A stretch of 64,000 nucleotides of DNA from Pachysolen tannophilus NRRL Y-2460 (GCA_001661245.1 KV454017.1:425061-489060), one strand, 5' to 3'. Shown: positions 34,011 to 45,848, numbered from the stretch's first letter. Notes: generated by a model not told the origin, from the letters alone. Numbers and translations: made by a program.

Positions 34011-35942
34011 TTAACCTTTATTAGAATGAGAATTTAGACTTGAACTAAGATCTTCCAAAATCCTTAAACTTTCGACGCTACTTCTCTTGATTTCACTTGA
34101 ATCTTTAAAAGAAGATGTCTTTCTGAAAGCATCTGTTTGACTTGTATTTGTGCTGTTAATATAAATATTTTCCTGAGTAACAGCAGCAATCAGTGCTTTC
34201 AAAGACGATCCGGTTGAACTAGCATCCTGATTATCTTCTTCTTCCTTAAAGTCATTTATACGATCTCGATGAGAACCATTAAAACGCCAAAAATTTTTAT
34301 CATTATTAAGATTAGTATTATCGTGCATTTCAATATCATGATTGAAGAAGCTTGATTCTAAGCAACTTTTTGGTATTGTTGTCTTGATAATCGCGTTTTT
34401 AGAAGGACTATAAAAAATCCCACTGTTGGCTCCAAAGTTGTATTTAGGTCCTAAAACTATTGACCCTGACGATATTGGAGATAGCATTTTTGGAAGAGCA
34501 GGTTTTTTTAAAGAAGACGATAAGGACCTTGCCTTATACGACGACTTTTTAATTGGGGTTGATTCCAATATATTCTCTGATGAAGATGATATTATTGATG
34601 AAGGACTAGAAGAGGAATCATCAGAGATGGATTGGACCGCTTTTGCGATAATCCTTTTATTTTCTGCTTCTGAATCTAAACCTGAGGAATCAACTTCAGG
34701 TTCGGTATCAGTTGTTTCTTCTAGTCCTTGGTAATATTTTTTTTCATCATTTAATTCATCTTCAATTTCTTCACTGATTTCAATATCATCATGGTCATCA
34801 ATAATTTGAACTTGGACTGTAGAACCTACATGGGGGCCTTCATTATATAAGTTCCCATTGATTCTTATAACTTTCTTCTGTTGTTGTTTGTTGCCGCTGC
34901 TGTTGCTGCTGCCGTTGCTGTACGATTTTTGTTTTGTTGTTGTTGTTGTTGTTGTTGTTTTCTTTTTGGAGTTTTTGTTACTGTCGGGGGCGAAGGCAGG
35001 CCTCGCCCTTTCTATATCCACTTCAGTTGTGGAATCTCCTAAAAAACTTTTATCCTCATGAGAAGTCAGTTTCTTAGATTGACCACCCAAGAAATTTGAA
35101 GATGATGAAGACAGAGTATCATCCAAAGATTTTTGAGGAATTTTTTTAAAATTAGATTCTTTTTCGAACCTTTTATCCATACTTTCACTAACATCATAAG
35201 CATCTTCAACGAAAACGTTTAAAATTTTTAAAATTGGTTTTTCAAAAAACTTAAAGATTAAAAATCCAATTAATAAATTCAACGCATGACCAAATACATT
35301 TTCAAAAATTTTATAATGCTCAGCGTAAAAAGGTTTCCAATAATCATCAACATAAGAAGCTAAATATGTCGCATAATAATAATTGACATTTATCAAAGTC
35401 AGTTCAAAAAAAATTTGATATTTCTCCTTAATAACCAATAAATTCGGAAGTATATAATCCTCATATTTTGGTCTAATTGAACCATAAGCAAAAATTAAAC
35501 TAGGATGAACAAAAATTTCATATTTTGTCTTGATATAATCATAACTAGAAACAATCAGTGGTTCAACAATTTCAAAATATTTGGAATTAACATACCGATA
35601 AGCAACAATTGCATGTGGTTTAATATAAATATCATAATAAGGCTTAACAAATTCCATCACTTTAGTGGTATACTTGACAAAATACTTATTTGTCTTGATA
35701 TACTTCTCATAAAATTGAACAAGCGACGAATTCGCATACACATATTTCAAAGCATCTTCAGTATATTCCTCATAACTAACTTTACTCTCAACTGGCAGGG
35801 AACCTAATAACCCATGGACATAATTATACCCAATATCTTTAAACTCGTTATACCTCTTCTCGTCCACCTGGTGTAATATAACAATTGAAATCAATGGTAC
35901 TATAACCGTCGAATACAAGATCAATAGAAGTGACGATATCAT
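34011..35942 (-). CDS. Hypothetical membrane-associated protein
   Basis: 643-aa ORF with hydrophobic N-terminus, Tyr-rich amphipathic region, a second hydrophobic segment and S/D/E-rich tail; no family recognised. Confidence 0.7.
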   Translation of the reverse strand: MISSLLLILYSTVIVPLISIVILHQVDEKRYNEFKDIGYNYVHGLLGSLPVESKVSYEEYTEDALKYVYANSSLVQFYEKYIKTNKYFVKYTTKVMEFVKPYYDIYIKPHAIVAYRYVNSKYFEIVEPLIVSSYDYIKTKYEIFVHPSLIFAYGSIRPKYEDYILPNLLVIKEKYQIFFELTLINVNYYYATYLASYVDDYWKPFYAEHYKIFENVFGHALNLLIGFLIFKFFEKPILKILNVFVEDAYDVSESMDKRFEKESNFKKIPQKSLDDTLSSSSSNFLGGQSKKLTSHEDKSFLGDSTTEVDIERARPAFAPDSNKNSKKKTTTTTTTTKQKSYSNGSSNSSGNKQQQKKVIRINGNLYNEGPHVGSTVQVQIIDDHDDIEISEEIEDELNDEKKYYQGLEETTDTEPEVDSSGLDSEAENKRIIAKAVQSISDDSSSSPSSIISSSSENILESTPIKKSSYKARSLSSSLKKPALPKMLSPISSGSIVLGPKYNFGANSGIFYSPSKNAIIKTTIPKSCLESSFFNHDIEMHDNTNLNNDKNFWRFNGSHRDRINDFKEEEDNQDASSTGSSLKALIAAVTQENIYINSTNTSQTDAFRKTSSFKDSSEIKRSSVESLRILEDLSSSLNSHSNKG

Positions 35943-36249
35943 GTTTGATCAATACAGTCCTTATCCTTACTCTCTCTAAACGTTATTCTTCATTTATCGT
36001 TTAATTATTTATTTTATCTATCATTTATATAATATGTAAATAAACCAAATTCCCTTCTCTTGTACTTGCTCTTAAAAAAATAAGAAAAAAATTAAAAAAA
36101 TTAAAAAGAAAAAAATTTTTTTGAATTTTATTATTGAAAAACCATCACCAAAAAGAGAGAAACGATATCTTTATTACCGGTATTGGAGGAGGATTCATTA
36201 GCCTTTAGTTAGGGATAAAGATAGAGAGATTGCGATCGAGATAGACGAG

Positions 36250-39200
36250 ATGGATGTTCAAGCTTTGCATGATTGTTTTGTTGGTACTTTACAAGCAGAC
36301 CAAGTGACTAGACATCAAGCCGAGTTATCGTTGAAACAAGCTGAAAAATCGAATGGATTCTTGAGTGCTTGTATGGATATTTTAAGTGAAGAAAATGTGA
36401 ATCCTGTTGTTAAGAAATCTTGTGCTATATACTTTAAGAATAGGATTACTCGTCATTGGGTTGATGTGAAACCTGAAACTGGGATTAATGATAATGAAAA
36501 AAATTTGGTTAAGCATAGGCTTGTGTCTTTAGTTATTAGTTCACCAATGGATTTGAGAACTTTACTTTTCCCGATATTGAGTACTATCTTGTCGTATAAT
36601 TATCCAGATAGTTGGCCTGAGTTTTTGCCTAATACCATTGGGTTATTGACCAATCTTGGGGATTTGAAGTCTGTTTATGCTGGATTACTTTGTTTTTCTG
36701 AAGTTGCAAGATCTTATAGGTGGAAAAAAAATGATGAAAGAAAAGAATTGGAACAATTAATACCACAAGTTTTCCCCAATATTTTGAATATTGGTAATTC
36801 AATTATAACAAGCGAATCACATGGTAATTATGAATCCGGTGAGATGGTTAAGTTGATTTTAAAAATTTATAAATTTGTTACTTATCATGATCTTCCCTTG
36901 CTGTTACAACAACAACAAGCTGTTGTTGATTGGTGTACTTTCCATGTCAATGTTATCAATTTAAAATTACCTCAAACTGTGATGGATCTAGATCCAGACG
37001 ATAGAAGATTACACCCTTGGGTTAAATCACAAAAATGGGCATTTGCTAATTTATATCGTTTATCTACTAGGTATGCATCAAAAAGTCTTTCTGAAAAATT
37101 CCAATATAATGATTTTAAAAAATTTTTTAATGAAGGATTTATACCAGAATTATTAAAAGTTTATTTCAACAAAATTGGACAATGGTGTAATAATGAAGTT
37201 TGGATTAGTGATGATTCTTTATATTATTTGGTGATTTTCTTGGAAAACTGCATAGTACAAAAAGATATCTTTAAATTAATTAAACCACATTTAGAAGTTT
37301 TAATTAAACATTTTATCTTCCCATTATTATGTCCAAGTGAAGATACTTTGGATTTATTTGAAAATGATCCAACGGAATATATTCATAAAATATTAGATGT
37401 ATATGAAGAAACAAATGCTCCAGATATGGCTGTCATTTCATTATTATATACTCTTGTGGAGAAAAAGACAAAGTCATCTTTGGAACCTATTTTACAATTT
37501 TGTTATACTACTTTAACTGATTTGCAACAAAAAAATCAAGATGATATAGAAGTTGCTAAAAAAATTGAAGGTGTATTAAGAATAATAGGTAGTATATCAC
37601 ACAAGTTATCATCTGAAAAATCACCATTTTATCCACAAATGGAATCTTTTTTAAATTCATTTGTATTTGTTCATTTCAATAGTAAATTCCCATTTTTAAG
37701 AGCAAGAACATGTGAAGTTGCAAGTAAATTTAGTGAAATTAAACTTCAGAACCCTGATGTTTTACATCATGGTGTTATGAGTGCATTTGATGATGTAGAG
37801 AATTTACCAGTTCAATTAGAAGGAGCTTTAGCTTTACAAGCTTTTATAGGTTTACCTTCTTTTAAAGAAGCTTTGGGTACTGTTATAGTACCAACTATGC
37901 ATAAATTATTGGAATTATCTAATAAAGTTGATAATGATTCAATAGCTGCAGTTATACAAGAGTTTGTTGAAAGTTTTGCCGAACAACTTCAACCATTTGG
38001 TGTTGAATTAATGACCAAATTATCTGAACAATTGATGAGGCTTTTAGTAGAATTAGAAAAAGCTTCTGATACTGATGTTGATGATATTGGAGAACTTGAT
38101 GCAACTTCTGATAAAGAAATGGCTGCTTTAGGTTTAATCAATACCATGGTCACTGTATTGTTATCTTTTGAAAGTTCTGTTGATATTGTTTTCAAATTAG
38201 AAGAATGTTTTGCACCTTGTGTCTTGTATATATTTGACAAGAATATGGATAATTATTTTTCAGAACTGAGAGAATTAGTTGAAAATTCATCTTTTTTAAC
38301 AAGAACTATTTCTCCAACTTTATGGACTATATTTGGTAGTTTAATGGGAGCATTTGAAAATGGATTAGCTATGTATTATATTCATGAATTATTACCTTGT
38401 TTAAATAATTATTTGGTTTATGGTTCATCAAAAGTTATTACTAATAAAGAATTTTCACAATATTTTTATTATATTTTTGATTTAATATCCAAGACTGAAG
38501 ATGTTGGTCGTACTGAAATAATATGTGGTGCAGAATTGGCTCAAACTTTTATATTATCATTACAATCAGAATCAAGAATTTTCATTCCAAATTTCATAAG
38601 AACTATTCTTTCACAATTAAATAATACTGAATTTAGTTCAAGTCTTAATAGTTTAGGTTTTATTGTAAACATGTTAGAAGTTATTATTGCTGGATTAATT
38701 TATGATACAGAAGAAGTTTTAAGATTATTAATTCAAACAAATTCAATTGCATTTTTATTTACAAATTGGTTTAAATTTATTCCAAAATTAGCAAGAGTTT
38801 ATGATTTGAAATTAAGCGTTTTAGGTTTACTTTCTTTAACTTCAATACCTGCTTCTTCAGATTTACAACAATTTTTAATTCAAATTTATCCAGATTTAGG
38901 TACTCAATTAGTAATTTTACTTTCTAAATTACCAGAAGCTATTAAATCTTTAACTACAAAGAGAGAAAAATTCTCAGAATTAGGATTTGATGATGATGAC
39001 GATTACTACGAATACAGTGCAGGAGGAGGAAATGACGACTCATGGGAAGATGACGATGACGATGAATCAGGTACAAGATCTAATGATGACTACCTTCTGT
39101 TTTTATCAAAACAATCACTGGAATATGGTTCTACCAACAACAATAACGGAGCTTCTGCTGCTGCTGCTGCTGCTGCTGCTATTGATCCAAACGAAACCGA

Positions 39201-39471
39201 CAACGCCGAAGACGACGATGACGACGACGATTTCTACGCCAATGACGACGACGATGATGTCCTAGATGAAGACCCACTTTCAAATAACCCTCTAGATTCT
39301 ATCAATATTTTTGAAGTATTTAAAAATTCATTTGTTGGTACACAACAATACCATGAAAATGTATATAGATTGATAGTCTCAAAATTGGGAGATAACGAAA
39401 AGAAAATCATACAGGATGTCATCACAATGGTCACTAACACTCCTAACCCAAATGCCATGCCATCCTCCTAA
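36250..39471 (+). CDS. NMD5: Importin-beta family karyopherin (importin-7 type)
   Basis: IBN_N domain (R.QAE..LK...GFL.AC.DI, IYFKNRI), LRARTCE, acidic C-terminal loop. Confidence 0.88.
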   Translation: MDVQALHDCFVGTLQADQVTRHQAELSLKQAEKSNGFLSACMDILSEENVNPVVKKSCAIYFKNRITRHWVDVKPETGINDNEKNLVKHRLVSLVISSPMDLRTLLFPILSTILSYNYPDSWPEFLPNTIGLLTNLGDLKSVYAGLLCFSEVARSYRWKKNDERKELEQLIPQVFPNILNIGNSIITSESHGNYESGEMVKLILKIYKFVTYHDLPLLLQQQQAVVDWCTFHVNVINLKLPQTVMDLDPDDRRLHPWVKSQKWAFANLYRLSTRYASKSLSEKFQYNDFKKFFNEGFIPELLKVYFNKIGQWCNNEVWISDDSLYYLVIFLENCIVQKDIFKLIKPHLEVLIKHFIFPLLCPSEDTLDLFENDPTEYIHKILDVYEETNAPDMAVISLLYTLVEKKTKSSLEPILQFCYTTLTDLQQKNQDDIEVAKKIEGVLRIIGSISHKLSSEKSPFYPQMESFLNSFVFVHFNSKFPFLRARTCEVASKFSEIKLQNPDVLHHGVMSAFDDVENLPVQLEGALALQAFIGLPSFKEALGTVIVPTMHKLLELSNKVDNDSIAAVIQEFVESFAEQLQPFGVELMTKLSEQLMRLLVELEKASDTDVDDIGELDATSDKEMAALGLINTMVTVLLSFESSVDIVFKLEECFAPCVLYIFDKNMDNYFSELRELVENSSFLTRTISPTLWTIFGSLMGAFENGLAMYYIHELLPCLNNYLVYGSSKVITNKEFSQYFYYIFDLISKTEDVGRTEIICGAELAQTFILSLQSESRIFIPNFIRTILSQLNNTEFSSSLNSLGFIVNMLEVIIAGLIYDTEEVLRLLIQTNSIAFLFTNWFKFIPKLARVYDLKLSVLGLLSLTSIPASSDLQQFLIQIYPDLGTQLVILLSKLPEAIKSLTTKREKFSELGFDDDDDYYEYSAGGGNDDSWEDDDDDESGTRSNDDYLLFLSKQSLEYGSTNNNNGASAAAAAAAAIDPNETDNAEDDDDDDDFYANDDDDDVLDEDPLSNNPLDSINIFEVFKNSFVGTQQYHENVYRLIVSKLGDNEKKIIQDVITMVTNTPNPNAMPSS

Positions 39472-39862
39472 CCTCCCAACCTCCTAACCCCCTAAACATA
39501 CTCATCATTCAATGAAACTTCTTTCTAACCATTACTAACCATCATTATCATTTAAGCTTGATACTTTCCAAACGACTTTTGTTTTTTCGCATTTTTTTTT
39601 TTTTTTTTTTGAAAAAAAATTTGAAAAAAAAAAAAATTTTTTTTTCTATGTAAAAAATAAAAAAATAAAAATTTTTTATAAAAAAAGTGAAAAATTTATA
39701 GTAAAATAAGCAGTAATTTGTAAGAAAAAAGATTGTAAAAAAGTTAGTTGAAGTGAGATTATATGCCTGAAGTTTACTTTGGTGTTGATATTGAGAAGAA
39801 AAGATAAAAGATACTTGAAAGAGCGAGAGCAACAGCAAGATAGAGAGAGAGAGAGAGAGAGA

Positions 39863-41776
39863 ATGTCGGGTACAACAACGATCAATAGTTATATAGATCC
39901 ATCTAATAAATTTTTGGCAATTACTTTGGACAGGCCCAATAGAATTCAGATACGTATATATGGACTTGAGAAGGAGCCAGAGTTGGTATCTGATTTTGAG
40001 CTTGATTCGGAAGATAGGATAAGTTGTATATGTTGGTGTTTAGGTTTGGAGAAAGTGGAGCTGGCGCTGGAGAAGCAGGAGAAGAAGCAGCAGCAGCAAG
40101 AGACTAAAAATAGGAAAAGAAGTCATGATGAAAAGAATAATAGCATAGTGAAAAGAAATGGTAATGATGACAATGGTTATAGAAATAGTAATAATGGTGG
40201 TTCAATAGATAATTATTATTTAGTTGTTTGTTTAGAGCAAGGTGATATTTTAATTTTTTCACCTTTTCAAAAAGATATTGTGAATAAGATTTCTAATGAA
40301 TCAAAAATTATATCATTGGTTGGTAAATCTGATAATTTTTTTTATGGATATGAATTGAATTCTAATACTATAAAGAAATTTTCTATATTTCAAAATAAAG
40401 CTATTTGGGGGAAATCATTTACACAGGATAAATCAATTAATTTAATAAAATTTTTACCACAAGATAATGATTTTTTATTATTATCTTCAAATTGTTTATA
40501 TATTGTGGATATTAAAGATTTACCAAAACTGCTCCATAGATTCCCAGTTCCTAGAGGTCATACATCAAAGATAACATCTATTGTTTTGTCTTTGGAGAAC
40601 CAAGATATTATAGCTACTTCAAGAGAAAATGATAACATTATTCATGTTTATTCTATTAGTAAAAAAAATAATATTTCAATACTTGAAACTTCTTCAAATG
40701 TTAATTTTTTGAAAATAATTATGATAAATAATACAGAATATTTAATTGCTTTTTTAAAAGATGGTAATTTAAATTTTTTCAAAGATTTTAAAAAAATTAA
40801 AAAACTGAAAAATGATTTAATAAAGCTGTTTATAGAGATTGAATCAAACTATAATGATAATTTTTTAAAAGATGTTTATATCAAGTCAAATAAACAACAA
40901 CAAAAAAGAGATGACTTATATGCTGTTTGGTATGATGATATTAACCCAGTTTTTGAAAAAATTGAATTTGATGAAATAAAAGGTGGTAAATTTATAATAA
41001 ATACCAAGAAAGATAAAGTTAATGGGAATGAAAAAATTTTACCAAAAATTAATCAAAATGAAAATGGTCAAGAATTTTTTAAATCTCCATCCATAGATAT
41101 TGAAGATAAAGATGAATATCATGTAACAACCTCTGACGAGTTGTATCAACATTTAAAAGAACAACTTGATTCTAAGACCACCACCACGGACGACTCAATA
41201 TTGTTCAAGATTTGTGATTCAAATATATCAGAGAATATTGTCAAGACCACAGTATTAACAAAATTATCTACAGATCAATCATTACAATTATTTACTAAAT
41301 TATCACAAAAAATTTCAGAACAACCTTCAGAATCTTCAGGTCTTTCTATATGGTTAAAATTTTTGTTATTAGTTCATGGTAATTCTATAATAAAATCTGA
41401 AGATAATTTATCCATATTGAAAAATTTAAGATCATCTTTATTGGATAGTACAAAATACTTGTCCAATTTAATTGCATTACAAGGTAAACTATACTTGTTG
41501 AAATCCCAACTACAATTAAGAAATGAAATGACACAGTTAAGCCTCAATGTCAGCGATGAAGAAGAGAGCGATGCCATCGAAGAAGAAGATGATGAAGTAG
41601 AAGACATCGAGGAAGAAAATGGGCCAAAACAAAATGGAAATGCCACTCATGAGAGTACGTTGGTTTACCTCAACGGTGAAGCCGATGACGACACAGTCTA
41701 CCTAGACGCCGATGATGTCGAAGACGCTGAAGACGCTGAAGATGCTGATGACGCTGAGGAAGACGGAGAATACTGA
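39863..41776 (+). CDS. UTP5: SSU processome t-UTP protein with WD40 and Utp12-like domain
   Basis: WD-like N-half, WLKFLLLVHG...LQGKLYLLKSQL and acidic tail; ATG at 39863 after a (GA)n run. Confidence 0.75.
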   Translation: MSGTTTINSYIDPSNKFLAITLDRPNRIQIRIYGLEKEPELVSDFELDSEDRISCICWCLGLEKVELALEKQEKKQQQQETKNRKRSHDEKNNSIVKRNGNDDNGYRNSNNGGSIDNYYLVVCLEQGDILIFSPFQKDIVNKISNESKIISLVGKSDNFFYGYELNSNTIKKFSIFQNKAIWGKSFTQDKSINLIKFLPQDNDFLLLSSNCLYIVDIKDLPKLLHRFPVPRGHTSKITSIVLSLENQDIIATSRENDNIIHVYSISKKNNISILETSSNVNFLKIIMINNTEYLIAFLKDGNLNFFKDFKKIKKLKNDLIKLFIEIESNYNDNFLKDVYIKSNKQQQKRDDLYAVWYDDINPVFEKIEFDEIKGGKFIINTKKDKVNGNEKILPKINQNENGQEFFKSPSIDIEDKDEYHVTTSDELYQHLKEQLDSKTTTTDDSILFKICDSNISENIVKTTVLTKLSTDQSLQLFTKLSQKISEQPSESSGLSIWLKFLLLVHGNSIIKSEDNLSILKNLRSSLLDSTKYLSNLIALQGKLYLLKSQLQLRNEMTQLSLNVSDEEESDAIEEEDDEVEDIEEENGPKQNGNATHESTLVYLNGEADDDTVYLDADDVEDAEDAEDADDAEEDGEY

Positions 41777-42095
41777 AAAGATAAAAGATCCAACTTAACA
41801 TTCTCACGATTAAACAATACAACTTGCTTTGTACTATTAGACCTTTTGATTATATAGAACTATATGATATGTACGTTTCTTTTACACTACCAGTTTTTCA
41901 AAATGAAAAAAAAAAATAAAAAAAATTTTCAATTTCAAAATCAGATGTAGATAGAGTAAATTAACTTGAAATTAGTTAAGGTTGGAGTGGGTTTTTTTTA
42001 TCTAGTTCTTGTTGAGTTGATAAGGCTTATTAATATTTATAAAATTTGAATTTGAAAACTGGAAAAAAAAATTTTTTTTGTTGTTTAGTGAAGAA

Positions 42096-42695
42096 ATGAA
42101 GACCCCGGAGCCAGATGATAAATTATACCTTCATTATAATTACATTCATAAGTTATGTCAAATTGGAGCAGAACAAATTAGAGCCAATATTGGGAAACCG
42201 GATATAATTATTGCTATTGGAGGTGGTGGGTTTATTCCTGCCAGAATTCTTAGATCTTTTTTAAAGATGCCGAATGAGAAGAACATTCCAATTCAGGCGA
42301 TTGGACTTAGTCTTTATGAAGATTTAGGTACAGGAGAAGTAGGTACTATTGGTAAAGAAGTTATTAGAACACAATGGTTAGATTTTGGTGCATTAGCTAC
42401 TCATTTTGATACTTTGATTGGGAAAAATATCTTGATAGTTGATGAGGTTGATGATACTAGAACTACATTACACTATGCTCTTTCTGAATTAGAGAAAGAT
42501 GTTAGAGAACAAGCTGAAAAATTAGGAAGAACAAATGAAAAAACTATTTTTTCAATATTCGTATTGATCAATAAGAATAAACCAAAAAAGGCAGACTTAC
42601 CAAAGGAAATGTTTGAAGAAGGAAGATATTTTGCTCCTAGAGAATGTGAAGATAGTTGGGTCAATTTCCCTTGGGAAGCTATTGACATAGATACA
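42096..42695 (+). CDS. HPT1: Hypoxanthine-guanine phosphoribosyltransferase, 5' portion (currently fused in frame to the Sgm1 tail, ORF stop 42782)
   Basis: IIAIGGGGFIPARILR, ILIVDEVDDTRTTL and W..FPWE motifs. Confidence 0.92.
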
Positions 42696-42782
42696 GTATC
42701 AGATTTGAAAGAAATTTGTAGACAACAGGTTCAGCAGTTAGTTGATTTACAAATGCAACTTGAAGGAAGGGAAAAGAATTAG
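42696..42782 (+). CDS. SGM1: Displaced C-terminus of Sgm1 (end of TMF TATA-binding domain)
   Basis: VSDLKEICRQQVQQLVDLQ matches Sgm1/TMF1 DVSDLKEMMHQQVQQMVEMQ. Confidence 0.88.
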   Translation, partial: VSDLKEICRQQVQQLVDLQMQLEGREKN

Positions 42783-43133
42783 TTACTATAATAAGTTTTT
42801 TTTTCTTTTTTTTTTTTTTTTTATTCATTTGTCTTTGTGTCTATTATTTAGCTTGTGATTTAGTAAAATTATTTCCATAGAGTTTCATTTCAATTGTTGT
42901 ATTAATTTCTAAAATTTTTTTAAAAAAAAAATTTAAAACCTAGTAAAGATTAGGTCAGAAACTCCAAACTTCAAGCTTCAAGCTGGTTAAAAATTAGTTT
43001 CTCAAGTTTAATTAAAGGAAATATTTCATTTATATAGAAAAAGTACAGTTTGAATAAATAAAAATACAAATTCAAAAAACCAATTATTACGAATAAATAT
43101 GATTCAATATTTAAAAAAAAAGGAAAAAACTTT

Positions 43134-43169
43134 TTAACAATTTCCTTGTTGAATAGCCAATTTACTATG
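43134..43169 (-). CDS. HPT1: Displaced C-terminus of Hpt1
   Basis: HSKLAIQQGNC-stop matches Hpt1 HTRMAIEQGN, which follows PWE..DI.. Confidence 0.85.
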   Translation of the reverse strand, partial: HSKLAIQQGNC

Positions 43170-45848
43170 ATCAGCTTTTAATTCTTCTGCTTTTTCGGAT
43201 TTTTCCCCCAATAGTTCTAATGTTGTATTATATTTTTCATTCAAAGATTTAAGCTTTTCATTTAATTCTAAATTCTTTTGCTTCAATTCTTGAACTTGTT
43301 CATTTTCTTTCATCATGCTGATTATTGTGTTGTTTGCATCATTCTTGTCCTTGTTTAATTGGGATATTTCATCCTTTAATGTGATCAATTCTATTTCTAA
43401 CCTTCTCACTTGTGATGACAATTTATTCATTAATTGTAAGTTATTATTGTTGTTTACACTGTTTATATTGGTCATAGAACCATAAGTGCTTCCATTTATA
43501 GTATTATTATTCAACGTGTATCTTGAAGGAGAATGATAACTAGATGGTGACTCTGCATTACTAAACCTTCCTGTTTGTTCTTCATTATCAGGCGTATCCA
43601 TAATATTATCAGTTGATGTGTTAAGGAAAGAAGAATTTGGGGTCTCTAATATTGGAGAAGGAAACATTTGTTGCTGATTCAATACAGCACTTGAGACTCT
43701 TCTAGTTCCAGGATGTGTGGATCTAGGAGTTGTTGATGATTCACCTAATAATATATTATCATTCCAGTTATTACTGAAAGAAGAGCTAGAACGAATCTTA
43801 TATAATGAAGATGCAAGTGTATTTGCATTCAAATCGTTTAAATATAAATTTGATTGTTGAATACTACTACTCGAGGTATCTAGTGGCCCAGTATACAAAC
43901 TTTGAGACATTTGTTTTTGTTTGTCTAATTCTTCTTGTAATTTTTTCTCTAAATTGGCAATTTCAACTTTATGTTCTTTTTCCAATGAGTTATATTTATC
44001 ATTTAATTTCGATATTAATTCTTCCTTTTCAGGAATTTTTCTTTTTAATGATTTAATCTCATTATTTAATGCATTGCAGTTTTCTAAAATCTCATTGTTT
44101 TCTTCTTTTGAAATATTCAAATCTCTAACCAATGCTTTAATTTTTTTATTGTAATTTACATCTTTTTGTTTTAAAATATTAATATCTTCTTCAAAAGATG
44201 AAATTTTGTGCAAATAAGAACTTTCAATTAACTTCCAGTTTTCTTGAGCCTGTGTATATTGCGATTGCAACAACTCATAAGATGATAAAAGTTTTTTATA
44301 GGATTCAGATGAAGTTCCATTATTATTATTCTGATGATGATTATTATTATTATTATTATTATTATTGACATTCTTGTCGTTACTGGAATCAGTTTTATCA
44401 TGATTATTATTTTGAATAATGAGATCTGAAGAGGATTCACGAGTTAATAATGAATTTTCAGATTGAATACGCAAAGTTTCCATTTTATCTTCCAATCTCT
44501 TGATTTCTTTAAAACTTTCTTCCTTAAGAGAATTATATCTTTTCTGTTCTTTTTCAATTTTGTATTCCAACTCCAGGGTATCATTTTTCAGTTGATCTTT
44601 GAAGAGTCTGAATTTAATATTCAATTGATCTAATTCTTGGGTTATCTTTGAATTTTCTTCAATTTGTTCATCAAGTGCTTTTTGTTTTTTTTCTAATTGT
44701 AAATCTAATCTTTTTGAAGTTAAATCTTTATATTCATAATTTATTTTATTATAATCTTGTTCTAATTTGTTATATTTATTTTCTAAATTTATAAAATCTT
44801 TTGAAAGTTTCAGTTTAATTTTTTCAAAATCTTTTACTTCTTCTAATCTTGATTCTAAACCATTTAACTTATTCTTTAATTCATCATTTTTCTTTGTTAA
44901 TTCTTCAATTGTTTGATTTTTTTCAATTTCTTCAAATTTCAATTTTTTAATAGTAGAAGTTAATTTAACTTCTTTCATAGATAACAGAGAACCTTCTTCA
45001 AGTAATTCTTTTACTAAAGCTTCTTTTTCCAGTAATTTTTTCACCAAATCTGAACTATCTGATTTAGTTGTTGAAAATTTTGATCTTTTTGATTCTTTTA
45101 ATAATGTTTCTTGTTTAATTAAATTTTTTTTTAAATCTTTATTTAATTTATTTGATTCTTTTAAATCTAATTTAAGTTTTGAAAAACTTGTAGTAACTTT
45201 CTTGGTAAGTTCCAATAATTTATCGTAATCCAATTCTGAAAAATTATTTTTAATAATTGTATTTTCTATATCTTCAAATTCATTTTCTTTTTCTTCAATT
45301 TCATCTTCTTCATCATCACCCACACTTAATTCATTGGAAAACCCAAACACATCAGACTCACTTATATCAGGACTTCCTCTTGGTGAATTATTTTTTTTAC
45401 CTTTACCAGCAGCTAAAGCTAACCTCTCTTGTAATGTTAATCTTTTCTTTGTTTGTTTTTTCGGAATTTCAGGTTCTTGTTCTTGTTCAGGTACAGGTTC
45501 AGGTACAGGTTCTGGTACAGGTTCTGGATCTGGATCTGAATTAGGCGCCACTGCTGATGATGATGAAATCTCTTGTTGCTCTTGCTGTTCTTGCTGTTCT
45601 TGTTCTCCCACTCCACTTGCTGCTGATTCCAAAATTTCCAGTTTAATCTGTTCCCCATCTATATCATCCACCTTACCATCTTTACTTTGATGAATCTCTT
45701 GATCTTCAATTTCATTACCAGAAAGGCTTAGTTCTTCATGAGTCGTTTCATCCACATTATCAATTTCTTTCATTGATTCTTTCTCTATATTATCATTGGC
45801 CTCTATACTCCCAATAACTTCCTTATCGAGATTTGGGGAGGGCATCAT
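43170..45848 (-). CDS. SGM1: Golgin Sgm1/TMF1 coiled-coil protein (currently ending in the Hpt1 tail)
   Basis: KKRLTLQERL, LLEEG..LS..E, AQENWKLIE and KLSSQVRRLE...TTLELLGEKSE motifs. Confidence 0.9.
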
